Made by a program: the position numbers and the translations under genes. From Lingula anatina (taxonomy: Eukaryota > Animalia > Brachiopoda), in contig CM120642.1 of NCBI GenBank assembly GCA_051362555.1, positions 6,138,001 through 6,202,000 on the forward strand: a stretch of DNA of 64,000 nt, written 5' to 3'. The notes beneath the pieces are model-generated. The model had not been told where the DNA came from. It was given only the letters and a program-made list of their open reading frames with translations, and made no database searches. Numbering within the stretch: the first letter of the stretch is position 1; each line of letters opens with the position of its first letter. Shown here in pieces: positions 25,893-39,854 of this stretch.

Positions 25893-27477
25893 GTGAGCAC
25901 AACACGCTAGTGGAGATATGTATATACCCTAGGGCCCGAATTATAATGTAAATAATATACGATGAAAAAATAACAGAAATTTACAGTATTCAGGTGATAT
26001 ATAATATAAAACCATAGCAATTGACAGAAACATAGCTTTTGAAACACAATTTAAAAGGTAAATTTTTCCTAAAGTGATGAAACCTGCAAACAAAGGGGAC
26101 CAACAATATAGAAAGGAAACATATTATCCATTTGTACACTTAGTTGTCACCCTTTGATCAGGTAATACAGGCCCTGGCTACTACCATATTGATGAAATAG
26201 TTGATTTTAGTGCCGTCTGGCTCTGGTATAATGACACCCTGGGGAAGATGATACAGGTTAAATAGGTTCAAGAGATCTACCCTATGGGGATTTAGGATAT
26301 TGAGGTGGGCAATGAATAGTATGCCAAAAGGTCCAAAGATATGTGGGACTAGCGGGTGATGACCTCTTTTGACATTTGTGAATTATTTTTAATCTGCAGG
26401 TATTCAATTTAGTTTGATATTAGTTTGACTTAAATATTTTGGTGATAGATGTATATCTTTGCTGTCAGTGAATTTCGTTTGAAGTTAAAGTGCTTGGACC
26501 TGCAAGCAAATGATAGATTAAAAGCATATACTAGTATGTGAGAGAGTTTCCAACAGATGACTGCTTGAGAAAAAAAATCTGAAATTAAAACCCTGTATTC
26601 ATTGAGTTAAGCATCTGATATATTCTTAGCAGAAATGTTTAATTTGCTGTTTTTGTGATCAGTCTGGGTGATAAGGCTGAGAACAGGTATTGAATTATCA
26701 CCTTGTTTTGATGGACGGCAGATAAAGAATTGGACAGCCGGTATAATACTGCAATTGCCTCGTATATTTGAACACCTCTTTTTTAAAATTTTTGACTTTT
26801 TGTCAATTTTAGACACTCACAGCAATGTACTCTTTGTAGTGAAGCCAACTAACTTTTGGAAAACTTTGAGTTGGCTAAAGTATCATTGACAGTATGGTTT
26901 TTGAAAAATAATTTATTTGTGTTGTTTGGATTTATAGAGGAATAACCATAGCATGGTGTGAGGATACAAATTATACTAAGGTACTGATAATGAAGAGACA
27001 GGGGGTGCTTTGCACAAATAAAAATCGGATACTTTTGAAATGGATGTTTGAGATGAACTGGAGGGGAAATATTTGCCCAGTTGTCTGCATTGTTATTTGT
27101 TGTGGTAAGCAAGGTGTAGTACATAATTTGTAAGATCTCTTTTTTTTTGTTTACCCTTTTTGTTTGCATTTATATACATGCAAATAAAAACAGGAATGTT
27201 ATGTTTTGTATGTACATACTTGTATATATGCAGGGGAAAGATGTAATATAGTCTCGACATATCTTTTTCACCATGAAAAACACAGCTAATTGACATCGGC
27301 TATATAGAATGCATGCTATGTCACATGATATGATGTTAAGACATATTCTCCTCCATTAAACAAATTGCGGGCTGCACCTGAGGAAATTAACTGCTAGTTC
27401 TGCCAGCCCTGACATTATGTATTAGGTTCTGGTTGAGTAGAAGGTCACATTCTAGTGCTGTGTATGTATGTATGTGT

Positions 27478-27745
27478 GCCTCAGCAGAGCACCCCGTGTT
27501 TCACAGGTCACTGGGAACTAGATTCTCAACTCACCTCTGTTTCTCTGAATCTTGAAACAGAAGAGGCTTGTTGATATAGTAGAGACTAGATTCCAGCGGC
27601 CTCTGAAACTCGGGGTGATGTGATGCCTCTAATGTATTATTGCTCTTTGATCAAACAAAGTAGTTTGTGTTGTGAGGCTGCCACACCAGTGATAGATACA
27701 AGTTTCCAGTGACCTCTGAAACACAGGGTGTTGTGAGCCTCAGCT
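27478..27745. repeat. Three related segments of about 40-50 bp, the first inverted relative to the other two
   Basis: CACCCCGTGTTTCACAGGTCACTGGGAACT (27490) is a near reverse complement of AGTTTCCAGTGACCTCTGAAACACAGGGTG (about 27701) and of TTCCAGCGGCCTCTGAAACTCGGGGTG (27591). Confidence 0.7.
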
Positions 27746-28656
27746 GTGTTGTTCTAGGGAGATGTAGCAGAACAGTTTGTGATGTGAAGTCGGCTAAGGA
27801 TGTCAACTCCTATTACCAGATGTACGCCCTGAGTCCACTTTCAGCTTCAAGTGCAATTTAACGCAGGGCGTAATTTGGCTGTGCAGGAAAGAATGTGGTC
27901 ATAATTTGGTGGTCTTTGTTGAGGTTGCCCTATTCAAGGAATATTTTTATGTAGAATTTTCAAGTTTTTTTGTACAGCAAGGTGTAGCATGTTAGAATGC
28001 AGGGGGTTTGCTAGATTCTTTCTCTCAAGCATTGTTCTTACCTCTAGAGTAGATTTGCCTTTTGATGAAAAAATAAATTTTGTCTTGATTATTTGCCTTT
28101 ATATTTTAAAGAAACAAACTTGTAATAATATTTTTCATATTTTCAGTGGTTTTGCTGATTGTTTGAATTCCAAATGTCAGAGATTCCTAAATTCACCATT
28201 AATTTCAAAAACGGAAAATTCAAATTAAACCTTATGGTATTGATTCAAATCTTGTTCAATTTATCTGGATTCATCAGTTTCAGCTTTCTGTAATTCCGAA
28301 AAGTGTTATTTAATGGGCCCAAAAAACATTTTCTCTTTGTGCTGGCTTTTATTAAGGGCAGATCTGAAGGAGCTTAGCACCTTCTGGTGATGGAGTTTGT
28401 CAGCCACAGGAATAGCATTACAACCAAGATACTCACACACACACTGGTTCAGTAGAGGTAAAATGATCAGTAAAAGATAAATGGCAGTAAATATGTTGAG
28501 GTAACAGCTAGAGTAGATTAGTTTTATGCACAGAAAGAAATCTCATTTCTTGGCTGAATGCAGGAGGTCTGGGGTCAGTGACTGGCTATGGCAGGGAGCA
28601 GGTAGACCCGGGTGTGAATGCAGCTGGTCGGACATTAGGAGTGGGAAAAAAATGCA

Positions 28657-28931
28657 TGGGCAGGTTTTACAGAAAATATTTCTTTCTGAAAATTGGTCTT
28701 AATATAACCATTAGACCTAAATTTAGTCTACTTTGACAATAGTACTTCAGTTAAATTAAATTAAATTCTCTTTTTTTATTTCAAGAAAAACGTCATGGCA
28801 GACAGTTTTGTAACAATATTAAAAAGGACTATGATGTTATCTTGGCTTAAAATAGACCAATTACTTTTAAATTCTTTTCTCAATTTTAAGCCAAGATTTA
28901 GGGCTGAAGTTCTTTTGTGAAACTGGCCCCA
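28657..28931. mobile_element. MITE-like element with GGGGCCAGTTTCACAAA-type terminal inverted repeats
   Basis: Left end TGGGCAGGTTTTACAGAAAA, right end TTTTGTGAAACTGGCCCCA; related ends near 31050, 55744-55845 and 58262. Confidence 0.5.
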
Positions 28932-30341
28932 GGGACATGATGGTTCAGAGAGGGCAGGTCCCAGGTCACTGATTGGTTTGACAGCACAGCAGGTCTCACA
29001 TCATTGATAGATGTTGTAGAGGGCAGTTGTGTTTCTGATGGTAGATGCTTTGTAGTAATAACAAACCCCAAAAGCCTGTTTTGCATAGTTTTGGGTGACT
29101 AACATGTTTTCACTACACGTTTTAAACCTTGATATCTGTTTCAAATGCTCAACAAATTAAATTAAGAAAATTGCTACTGTCTGCTGAGATTGGCTCCATA
29201 GAAACTATTCATATTATTGAAAAGGATGTGTGGATACTTCTGTATGAATTTTGCCAGAAAAGTCAAGTCTTGAATGGCCATTCTTTCTGTGATGCTCACT
29301 TGTCCTGTCGTTTCTATTCAGTATTGCTGCAATATCAAATTATTCAGTATTGTAAAAACTTGAGGACTACAGTGGGCTGTGTAGATAATTACTGTTGCTA
29401 TAGCACTTCAGTTGATGTTGAGGATATGCCATATGTGTTTTTTCCACACCTGGGGTTGTATTTTGTTATAACATCAGACTGGCATGGACTTAGATATATG
29501 CTGTTTATTGATGTTGCTGTTTATTTAAAGCAGGATGGCAATATTTCAATGGGAACAAATGGCCACACCTGGACCTTTACGAAGAAAAATAATGCTGGCC
29601 GTTTAGAGTTCTTACCTGTGTGTTGTCCACCTCGTTGTTGTGGTGTCCAGTCACGTAGGGTCAGGTGCTAGTTATAAGACCAGTGTGGACAATGGGAAGT
29701 ATTTCTGTGTTAACAAAACAGATCTACGTTCATTAAATAACGCACGTATATGAACCCAGTTTACCTGGGTTATAATTACTGATATGCTGTTGTTCCTTAT
29801 GAGGTGTTTGGGTTTCAGGGTGAAGTCAAGGCTAGTTTCATGAAAGAATTTAAGTGCGAAAATTGGTTTCAACTTTAAGACCAGAGTTTGATCTTGGGTC
29901 AAAGTAGACTTAAAATTTGGACCAGTTTTTTTGGGTTACGGTTATTCTGAAGTTTCGATATTACAATCCAATTGATAAGCGTTTCCATGTGCTATTGCTT
30001 ACAAATTGTGGATTGCAGAAAGTTTCTCATTTTATTGAGGAAAAAAAATGTTTGGAATTTCAGATATATTTGTATTGTTTGAGCATGATCATGCATTTCA
30101 TCCAAAGAATATAGCCTATTACTTTATAGTACATTTATCATGGGGTTCACAGTGAGCAGCTGGCATAGCTAATCTTGAGAATAAAATATAGGACTTATAC
30201 AGCTTGAGCCATTATTTATCATCCTGTCAGTATTGAAATAGTTTCATGTTTAATTTAAAGGTGCACACATTAAACTTAAGCATTGTCAGATGTGCTTGAA
30301 CGTGATGGGGAAGTAGACAAAAAAGTTCTTGGGCTAAACTA

Positions 30342-30523
30342 AGGCCCTATTCAGAATAGGGGACTAACTAGTCCGTGGGTCAAATATGGCGACCCACTAC
30401 AAAGCTTGCCGTCTAATCTGCTAATAGACATGGAATAAATATCCCGTGGGGAAGTATTCAAGTGGGTCGCCTCAACCATATTTGACCCTCCGACTAATTA
30501 GTCCCCTATTCTGAATGGGGCCT
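30342..30523. mobile_element. Foldback MITE (PIF/Harbinger-like termini)
   Basis: Inverted arms of about 55 bp: GGCCCTATTCAGAATAGGGGGACTAACTAGTC..GGGTCAAATATGGCGACCCACT and AGTGGGTCGCC..CCATATTTGACCC..GACTAATTAGTCCCCTATTCTGAATGGGGCC. Confidence 0.75.
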
Positions 30524-30751
30524 TTTACTACTAAAATAGGATAGCCAACTGGGCAAAGATGATATTGCTGCAGATTTTGATTTGGAGCTTTTAAGAATGA
30601 TTAGGCCACAAAAAATGTATTTACGTATATACACCCACTGTGACAACAGAATAAAAACCTCTGTCATGATAGTCACAGTTTGCTGAATAACCTTAGAAAT
30701 TTGTCAAGTTACATTTTATATTCTTTATGTAATACAACTTAGTTAAGTCTT

Positions 30752-31007
30752 AGATCCCATTTCCATACCTAGACCGATCTAGCAGGATTGGCTCATCTCC
30801 TAGGGGGTTCACGCTAAATTGCTTCCATCATAAGCAGTTTTGATGTCTGGTATGCCTAGCTATTGCATCCTCCAAATGATAGTTAATTAGCAGCTTCAGT
30901 AGGTGTGCTAGATGTCAGAGCCACTTAAGCTGAATGCAAATTAGCGAGAAACCCCTCGGAGATGGGTCAGTCCTGCTAGATCGATCTAGCTATGGGAACA
31001 GGGTTTT
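30752..31007. mobile_element. Foldback MITE with long TIRs, same family as 45911-46129
   Basis: CCATACCTAGACCGATCTAGCAGGATTGGCTCATCTCC..GGGGTTCACGCTAAAT pairs with ATTAGCGAGAAACCCC..GGAGATGGGTCAGTCCTGCTAGATCGATCTAGCTATGG. Confidence 0.72.
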
Positions 31008-32793
31008 AGGAAGCTAAAATTTTAGCTCAAAAGTGCACTTAAGCCTTATTTAAAACTGGCCCCTAAGGGAACATTTAGAGAGGGAATATGTTTGATGAGT
31101 TGCAAAGGTACATTTTGTCTTACCTGAGAGAAACTACAGTATGATTATAATATGCTGTTCAACGTAACATTTTAAAAATATATCCAAAATGATTATCTTA
31201 TGATTTTGCACTCACCCAATGTTCTGTTGTAGGTTTTGGTACTTTGTATCATCTTTTTATTCTTACTACTTTCTTTAAAGAGCAGAAAATTGACTCAGTA
31301 AAGTAAGGATTATTAATGAAAAAACTTTAACCAACAGGATTTAAGAGAAGAGCTAAACCATTCTTGAGAATTTTTTGTTTTGGTATGAAAAAAGTTGGAA
31401 CAAAGTTTGGAATATCTACTGTAGATTTTTTACCATATAGAAATGCAAGTTCTCAAAATTAAAACAAATGCCATATCCTGTTTTCAACCTGATCTTTGTA
31501 AACCAATGAACTAGTTAAAAGCTGCCTCCAAACAATAACCAACTGTTAAAACGAGGAGCAAAAATGGATGAAACCCAAGTTGTGCACGTCTCCCCCTTGC
31601 TACTTGGAAGAATTATTTCTCATCAGTACACAATGTGTTATTTTTCAAATTAAAAAAAAAAGAAAAGAAAAAAGAAAGAAAAAGATTCCAGTGTTAAAAA
31701 AGTTGCTTTCTCCAGCACCTGTAGTTAATTGTTACACAGGATGTGAGGTCGCGGGGTCGCAACATAACAATTGCGCGGTACCTTAAAGTGCCTGATAAGA
31801 CTTGTCAAAATGACATTCAAATTTCAAGTAATCACACACTAGCATCTGTGTGGATTACAACCGCCCTTGCTTATTGTGCACGTTCCTTGTGATGATATCG
31901 CTGCGAGTCAAGTGAATTTTGGCTTGGAAATAAAATGGGTTTGATCAAATGGAGAAATTAGGTGTGGTTGGTTTTATAATAAGGTTCAGGGCTATGCTTT
32001 TTAAAAGGAGTTATGTTTTTTAATAGGTGCTCTTTTGCTGAAAAAGTAGTTCAAATTAAAGTTGGTTGAGCAGATGAGATCAATGTCATTAATGTGACGT
32101 AAAATTATATAGAGGAGCTATTAAAAGAGCATGATTGGGATCTGATAAAAAATATTATCTCATTATGATATAGCTCATATAACTATAAAATGAAAAAAAA
32201 ACTGACCTTTGTGATGAAACTATTGTAAACTAGCAAAGGCTATAAAGTTTGATTTAGATCTTAACAAGGAATGATAAGAACAGGAACCATTGTTCTTTGC
32301 TTCTGTGTTTTTCCTCAGTTTGTTCCAACTTTTCGTGCCATTTGGATGAATTTGAGAGGGTCTGGGTAAAGGAAGAAAAGGTCAGTTGAGGTCAGTTTTG
32401 TTTTCTATTCCCACCACTTGGGTCATTCTTACCATGCCATGCTGTGGCCTAGGTTACCTAGAACCAGGGGTCACACAGACAACGAGGTGCACTGATTTGC
32501 TGGGATTAAACTTGTTTTATTTTACAAATATTGAGGTGATATTGAGTTCTTGGTGTCAATAAGGCTTTTGATCTGTTGGATGGTGAAGAATGTTGGCAAA
32601 GTTGTACGGTTTAAATAAACAGATTTAGGAATGCGGATTTGAGTATTTTTGGATTTGTGTGGGTAACCAATGCTTTTTTTCTCGAAGCAGTCTAGCAGGA
32701 TATAATAATGTATAGAATTTGTGTAGGCAGTTTTTTAAAATTTCATCAGGAAAAAAGAGACACCAAACATTCTATGTATAAAGAATGTGACAA

Positions 32794-34757
32794 TTTTTTA
32801 TGTACAGACACAGATGTGTCTGTACATATTGCCATCACCTGCGTCTGTCGTCGCCGTCGCCGTCGCCATCGCCGTCGCTGTCGCCGTCGCCGTGCACTTT
32901 CAGCGTTAACACCATAAGTGGAAGACAGTTTTACTTTTTGGCTTTATATTTACAGAGCTGACTAATATTCATAAAACGCAGGTCAAGTTCGAAAATCAGC
33001 ATGATCGGGCCATTATTGTAGAATTTATGCTGTTTTTTTCACTTTTTAGCATATATGCAACACTGTTAACACATTTCAAAGAAAACCGATTGGCCTGTTG
33101 TCATGAAACTCACAGGAGTAATCAGTCTTACTAAAACGCAGATCAAGTTCGAAAATCGGCATGATCGGGCCACTATTTTAGTAGTTATGCTGTTTTTTCA
33201 CTTTTCAGCATATATGCAACACTGTTAACACATTTCAAGGAAAACCGATAGACCTGTTGTCATGAAACTCACAGGAGTAATCAATCTTACTAAAACGCAG
33301 GTCAAGTTCGAAAATCGGCATGATTGGGCCACTATTTTACTAGTTATGCTGTTTTTTACACTTTTCAGCCTATATGCAACACTGTAAACACAATATAAGA
33401 AAAACAGATGGGCCAATTGTCATGAAAGTCACAGGAGTGGTCAATTTTACTAAAATGCAGGTTGAGTTCGTAAATCAGCATAATCGTGCCATTATTTTAG
33501 AAGGTATGCTGTTTTTTCACATTTCTTCAGATTCAATTTTTAGGCATGTTAACAGTCTCATTATTAAACTAATAAGATACGTGAAAGTGTTTGTTTGACA
33601 TTTCCTGCATCTTTACAACATTGTTAGTTGATTATGTAAAAATGATGGTAAACTTGTTATCATGTATTGTATAATAGAGTTTCAAAAATGGAAATAAACT
33701 CATATCATTGCAATTTGTCAGATTCAATCATTCACTATGTTCAGAATCTCAGAATGGAAGAAATTGGACATTTAACACTGCTCTATTGATACTTTTCTCA
33801 TGTCATCAATTTTCTTAGTTGATCATATAAAAATGGCAGTAAACTGTTAATTTTGTTTTATGTTAAAAATTGTTAAAAATGGGGAAAAAACATTTCAGAA
33901 CAGTGCTGTCTTGTTTACATTTTGGCATTTTCAAGTTGTGACTTTGAAGTTCCATGGGCCTGAAGACCTTTGCTAGTCACATTTTCTGAATATCCATGAT
34001 ACTAATATTTTATTAGTAAAAATTGATGGTCATTATGCTGTTAAACATTATGTAACATTGCATCAAAATTTGAAAAAAAACTATTTTGGGCACTGCTCCC
34101 TAATTACCTTTTAAGAAAAACCATGTCACTTACTGTTCTCAAACTTACAGGAAAGAAACATGGGACTAAAATACAGCTTCAGTAGGCAATGCAATCTGCC
34201 AGATAAACAGTTTTTTTTGTGAAAATTTAATTTTTCACATATTGGCATTTTCAAGGTGTGACTTTGAAGTTCCACAGGCTTGAAGACCCAAGCTAGTCAC
34301 ATTTTCTGAAAATCCATGATACATATATTTTGTTATTAAAAATTGATTGTCATTTTGCTGTTAACCATTATGTAATATTGCATCAGAATAGAAGAAAACA
34401 CAATTTTGGGTGTTGCTGCCATGATGACCATTATGGGAAAACCATGTTACTTATGATTGCCAAACTTTCAAAAAAGAAATACAGGACTGAAATGCAGCCT
34501 GAGTTGGAAAAGCAGTCTAATTGACTTCTTTTTCTGGAAGTTTTACATTTTCAAAGTGTGAACTTGAACTCCCATGTGCCTGAAGCTTTATGCTTGTTTC
34601 ACATTTTACTTACATTGGTATTACCTGTTGAGCATAATTAAAATTTGATGTTGAATTTGCAGTTTAACATAATGTACTTTTGCATCAGAATTGACAGTAG
34701 CCTATTTTGTTATTTCCTGCTTTTTGTCTGTACATTTGACAGCTTTGCTGCCTTGTT
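32794..34757 (+). mobile_element. Second non-autonomous Helentron/HINE (DINE-1-like) element with a microsatellite and two internal tandem arrays
   Basis: Begins in a T-run with the inverted repeat TATGTACAGACACA-ga-TGTGTCTGTACATA; (GTCGCC)n at about 32847-32893; about 160-bp repeats (32972, 33132, 33291, 33451); about 300-320-bp repeats (about 33923, 34242, 34546); 3' subterminal TGTCTGTACAT (34725-34735) followed by a small hairpin and CTTGTT. Confidence 0.72.
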
Positions 34758-35357
34758 TTCAGAATAGTAATCTTCAAATGCTGGATAAAAAAATGGAAAC
34801 TGACGTGTTTTAAATGAATGAATAAGGTAAACCAATAATAGTCAATAAGGAAAATTGCATTTGGCCATTAAAAGGAAAAGGTATTGAAACTAGATATTTC
34901 ATGGTAATGATTTACACCCCATGCCTTTCTGGTGTCACCAGGCAACTCCAAGTAGAGAGAGAGAATGGTGTGCAACACACGGCAATATGATCTCTGTGGG
35001 CAGTGCTGCATGGGTATGGTACATACAGTCTTCATTCAAACTAAATGTTATAAAGAAAAATCATTGAAAGAACACAGGATCAGTGGGTGCATCCAGGGTT
35101 TCTAATTTGCTATAAATACAAACCTGCCTGTGCACAAATACTGCTCACGCAGTGTGGGTAATCCATAAATGTTATTGTAGAGGCATTGGACGGCTCTGGT
35201 CTATGCTATTGATAGATTGGTGTCTCTGGGCTTAGAGTATGTTATGATTGTTACAGGGAGGCATAATATTGACGGGCACTGACAGGGTGCTTGCTGGGAT
35301 GTTTATTCCACTTCACATTGATTGAAAATATTTTATTTGGCTGTTAAATAAAAATCT

Positions 35358-35572
35358 AATGAATGGGTGAGTGGATGAATAAGTACATGAATGAATGAAT
35401 GAAAATGAACTGATCAAGGAATGAAAAGATAAATAAGATGAATGAATGAATGAATAAATGAATGAAAATGAACTGATCAAGGAATGAAAAGATAAATACG
35501 ATGAATGATTGAATGAATGAGTAAATGAATGAATGAATGAAGGGAGGAAGAAATGAATGAATGAGACAGATG
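35358..35572 (+). repeat. (GAAT)n microsatellite region with an internal duplication of about 60 bp
   Basis: Runs of GAATGAAT; ATGAAAATGAACTGATCAAGGAATGAAAAGATAAATA occurs twice. Confidence 0.85.
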
Positions 35573-38500
35573 TATAAATAAAAGACAAATTTTGACTTAT
35601 GATAGCATTTTGCTTGCTAACAAAAGTACTTCATTTGGAGTCCTTTTACTTCTTATCAGTATCTCTTTCATTTGATAAACCTCGTCACTTGAGCTAATAT
35701 TAGCTAGTACGGAGTAAGCCCAAATACTTTTTATTGTCCCAATAAAGCATAATATTTACATGGTGGCACAGCAAGAGGGCAGTGTGCTTTTTACCTTGCC
35801 TGTCTCCAGCCAGACTAATTTCACACATGGTGGACATTAAATTGCTGATTTCATAAACAGAACTGTCTCATTAGTCTGCTTATTGGACTTGGAAAGAAAA
35901 CTGGGCCTAGCCTCTCTGTGTGGGCTAGGGAACACAGTGTCTGTCAGTTTAGACAAGACTTCAGTTGGTTGGTAAAAGGGTTCGCAGTTACACCAAAGAA
36001 CTTGTGACCAACTTTTTGTCTGAGATTTATTTGTTTCACAGTAACCCAAAACTGACTATCCTAGATGGCCTAAAAGAGTGAGACCATTTTGCCTAAAGTT
36101 GTAATCATAAATGCAAGCTGGACCTATTCCCGGTCCAAAAAAGTTCTCATCTGAACCTGCCGGGATGGGTGCTGTCATCACAGGGTCGTTCTGTTTGCCG
36201 TATTTGCTTTATCAGTTTTTCTTTGTCATCGGAAGGGGCGAGGCACACAGACTGTTGTCAGTCTTCCTAAGGATAACGAGTTACTTTGTCCTCTCCTCAG
36301 GTTGAACTTATTATTAATGTTTGCACAAAAAATTGCAAATAGACGATACACCTTTGAAATTGAGATGAGATTTATTCTCGAGTTCCTGTCCTGATATGGT
36401 GCTGATCATATTGGCATAGCTACAGTGACACACCTATAGAATCAATTTTTTTTGACAGATCAGTTCTGTGTCCTCCAGATTTCATTTATTTAGTTATAAA
36501 TTTATTTATTTATTATTTTATTTTTATTTCTTCATTTATTTATTAGTTTTGTTATATTTTATTTAATGCCTCATTCCAATCTGCATCATTTTCGTTTGGT
36601 TCCATTCTTTTTTCAAAACTCTGAACAGGTCCTTATTCTTCTACAGGTTCTCCCATTTAATCTTTAGTATTGGAATTCTGTTGCTTGTCCCATAAAGAGT
36701 TCTAACAACTAAAGCATACTTGTACTAATGTATTATGCAACTGCACTTGATTATTGAACATGGCCTAATCCAAAGGACAGAAAAATCTTTTCATCTCAGC
36801 CGAGGGTGAGACAGGCATTTATCCATGAAAGAAATCTTAGAAATCAAGGAATTAATTGAATAAATGCTATGCTGATTGAATCATCCATTTTTCACTTGCA
36901 TGAAGGCAGCCAGTGAAGAGTTGCCAAATATATCATGAAAAAATACTTCCTGGATCTTGTTCATTTATTGAATTTTGCTATGAGTATTTGAAAGGTGGCA
37001 TAAGTGAAAAGATAGACAACAAAAAAGTATAAAATCATGAATGAACCCATCATTTAAACCTATTTTTACCTTATTAGTCTTTGAAAGGTAACATATATTG
37101 ATTAATAAGAAAAAATGCACCTTGTGCCCATGATCAAGACCTTCATTTAAACCCATTCACCTCCTGTTTGTAAAGCAAAAACACCCAACAGATTTGACGA
37201 AATACAACAAGGAAATAAATTGTGTGTGTGTGGCAGGCCCAGGGGATGGGGCTGATTGCAGGGAGGCCTGTACCAGTTCACCTGGTATTCTATGTTCCAC
37301 GAATCCCTTGCCATTTCTTCGCAGAAATCAAGGGCTTTGTTCCCGGGCACCCTTTTTACACTGGGGTGAATGAAAGTTAATTTCCGTGGGAAATCGAGAT
37401 TGATCGCCAAGCTGTGTTCTACACTTGTTGGTCAGTAAATTGGATATTGACCACTGGTTATTGTATTAGAAAGATTCCTGAGGACGGGTAAGCTGCAAAT
37501 TATTAATTGACCATGGCTTAGTTATGTGCCTTGATTTTCACCCAGCTGGGTTAGTTTGATATTGTAATGTTGGTGTGGTATATGGCACTGTTGTTGATGG
37601 CCCTTGGCTATATTGTGATAAACAGTGGAATTTTATGAGGTTATGTGTATTTGTATGCCTGGTGCAGTAGTATAGTAAAGCCTTAATAGTAGGTGGAACC
37701 GTTGGTCTGATGCTTTCTTTTTCACATAAAATGGTGAAAAAGAGCTGTTGTTTTGGGATTTGGCAGAAACCAAGGGAATCTGTATGACATCTCTGTTAAC
37801 AGAGTTTAGACTCATTGTTTTAAGGGTAGCTACCTGTTAACTGGTGGTGGAAAAGTGGAATATTTTCCAGATTTAATTTTTTTTCTGCAGAAATAATCAA
37901 ATGCTCGTTTATATGTAAGCATTAATGAGATGGATAAAAAAATTATTGTACATAGAAATATAAAGTTTGTGACTGTCTCTGTTTGTGGCTAAGTGTTTGA
38001 AATATCTTGAAATTTCTGTTCCTGCAGGTGGACTTATTTCAAATATTTATGTACTATATTACCAGATAATGTGCCTATAAAATTGCTTTCTTTCAACTCT
38101 TTCAGCATGTTGTACCTAAGAAATATTGAAAGCATTTCATGTCTGTTGTAAACCTTGGCACACTTGGAAAAAAGGGGGAAAAAAACAAAAACGTGGAATG
38201 GCACACAAGGGAATGAGTTTTAATGCAGCAGCATACGCCATAGTAATTACAGGACTGTGGAAAAAATGGCTTCTCCTCAGTTAACTTATTGTTACAAAAA
38301 ATTAGCTTATGGTGATTGACTGGCAATTCCCAGGAGCTCCATTGTACTTCTGCAGCCCTGTGGGATTGGTTTAGAATTCATGGAGCGATGATGTCCAAGG
38401 AAGACACCTGCCTCTATCTCCCCATCTTATGATCTGAGCTTGATTATTATGCGACATGCATCTGTTATATTATGTTGTATCTATGTAGTGAAATAATTAA

Positions 38501-39854
38501 AAAGATAAGAAAGATGAAGTTAGTGGGATGAAAGTGCACATTAAAGTGAGTGATCATGAAGCAGTAAATTATCCGTATGACCAACGTTGTCATGTCTGTA
38601 AAAAGTGGGATTCAGCTTTGTAAAATCAATACCATGTGTGAGGATTTTGTGTTAGGTCGCATGCAACATTGTTTTAAGTAAAACCTTTCTTTTAATTGGT
38701 CCCAGGAAGTAGACGAGTTGATTGCAATCAGTTGCAAGGGTCACATTGCTCTTTTTGGGTTAATCCAACCACCTGTTTATTGTGTTGACCTGAGGATTAT
38801 CTGGCAGGTGGGTGCAACTGAGCTGTCAACTTTCCTGAAGAAAATCATGTATAAAAAACAATACTGAAAGTAGCCTCGGTAGTATTTATTAGGATGAGCT
38901 GTGCTTTCTTTAGCAAAAGAATCACACTTTTAGCATATAACTCAAAACCCATTGAATTCACTGCACATAAAACTTCTTTTGTTTCCCCGGATTACAAATA
39001 AAATGCATGCAGGCTGCTGGAAACACAATTCCCAAGTTATTGTGATGGAGGACAAAGACAAGGCACCTGGGAATGGAAATTAATTTGTAATATGGCCCTG
39101 TATCCATGAGGCGCTGATGTTTTTAATGGTGTGCATTAGGAACTGTGATCTGTGTGCCTGTTGACCCGAGAGGTCACCCGGTTCATACCATTACCAACAG
39201 ATTACAGCCACTAGAATAAAAAGGCAATGTTTTGCCCATTATCTTATTTGGTGGATCCTTACTGGCAATTTTATTAAATTACTTTCATGTTCAGGGTCTT
39301 TATTGCCGCTCCGGAGACAAAGATGTTATATCACAGATATACAGCATTGATTTTGCACAAGGCTAATCTGCGGCATTGGAGAGGGAAAGTCTTGAATGTA
39401 TTATGCATGAGAGAGTCTGATTCACTGGAAGAATTGAAAACCCCTGCTTGTTGGCATCTTGTTATGGAGATGACGAAGTTTTTCATTAAAGAGGCTGATT
39501 GATTAAGTCAGTAAAAGGCTTCCTTAATAGGTGAACCGGGAGAACAATGAAGACCTATCTGTAGTCGTGGTGTATTAACTGTTGGTTGTTGAGGGTTGGG
39601 AATGTGGCTGAATTGACTCACGTCTTGACCTAGAGGACGTAATTACTGTGACCTTAACTGATTAGACGTCCAATGAGAGCAGATCTTAACAGCCTGCCAG
39701 TAGCCACAGCCTCATACATACATACATACACATATATATATCTCTCCTGTTGAAGTGTGTGTTGTAAATACCTGCATTCCTTGTCAGTACCACTGGGCTT
39801 TGTTGGGATAATCCAGCACAATCCTAGCCAGGTCTGATTTGAATTGAAATCATA

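Noticed and set aside
29129-29671. 180-aa ORF on the + strand
   Set aside because: Non-ATG start, AT-rich, no recognisable domain or convincing splice signals; likely a chance intronic ORF.
32708-32917. Arg-rich, protamine-like ORF
   Set aside because: It is the translation of the (GTCGCC)n microsatellite inside the HINE-like element.
35313-35588. Ser/Phe/Ile/His-rich ORF on the minus strand
   Set aside because: It is the translation of the (ATTC)n microsatellite.
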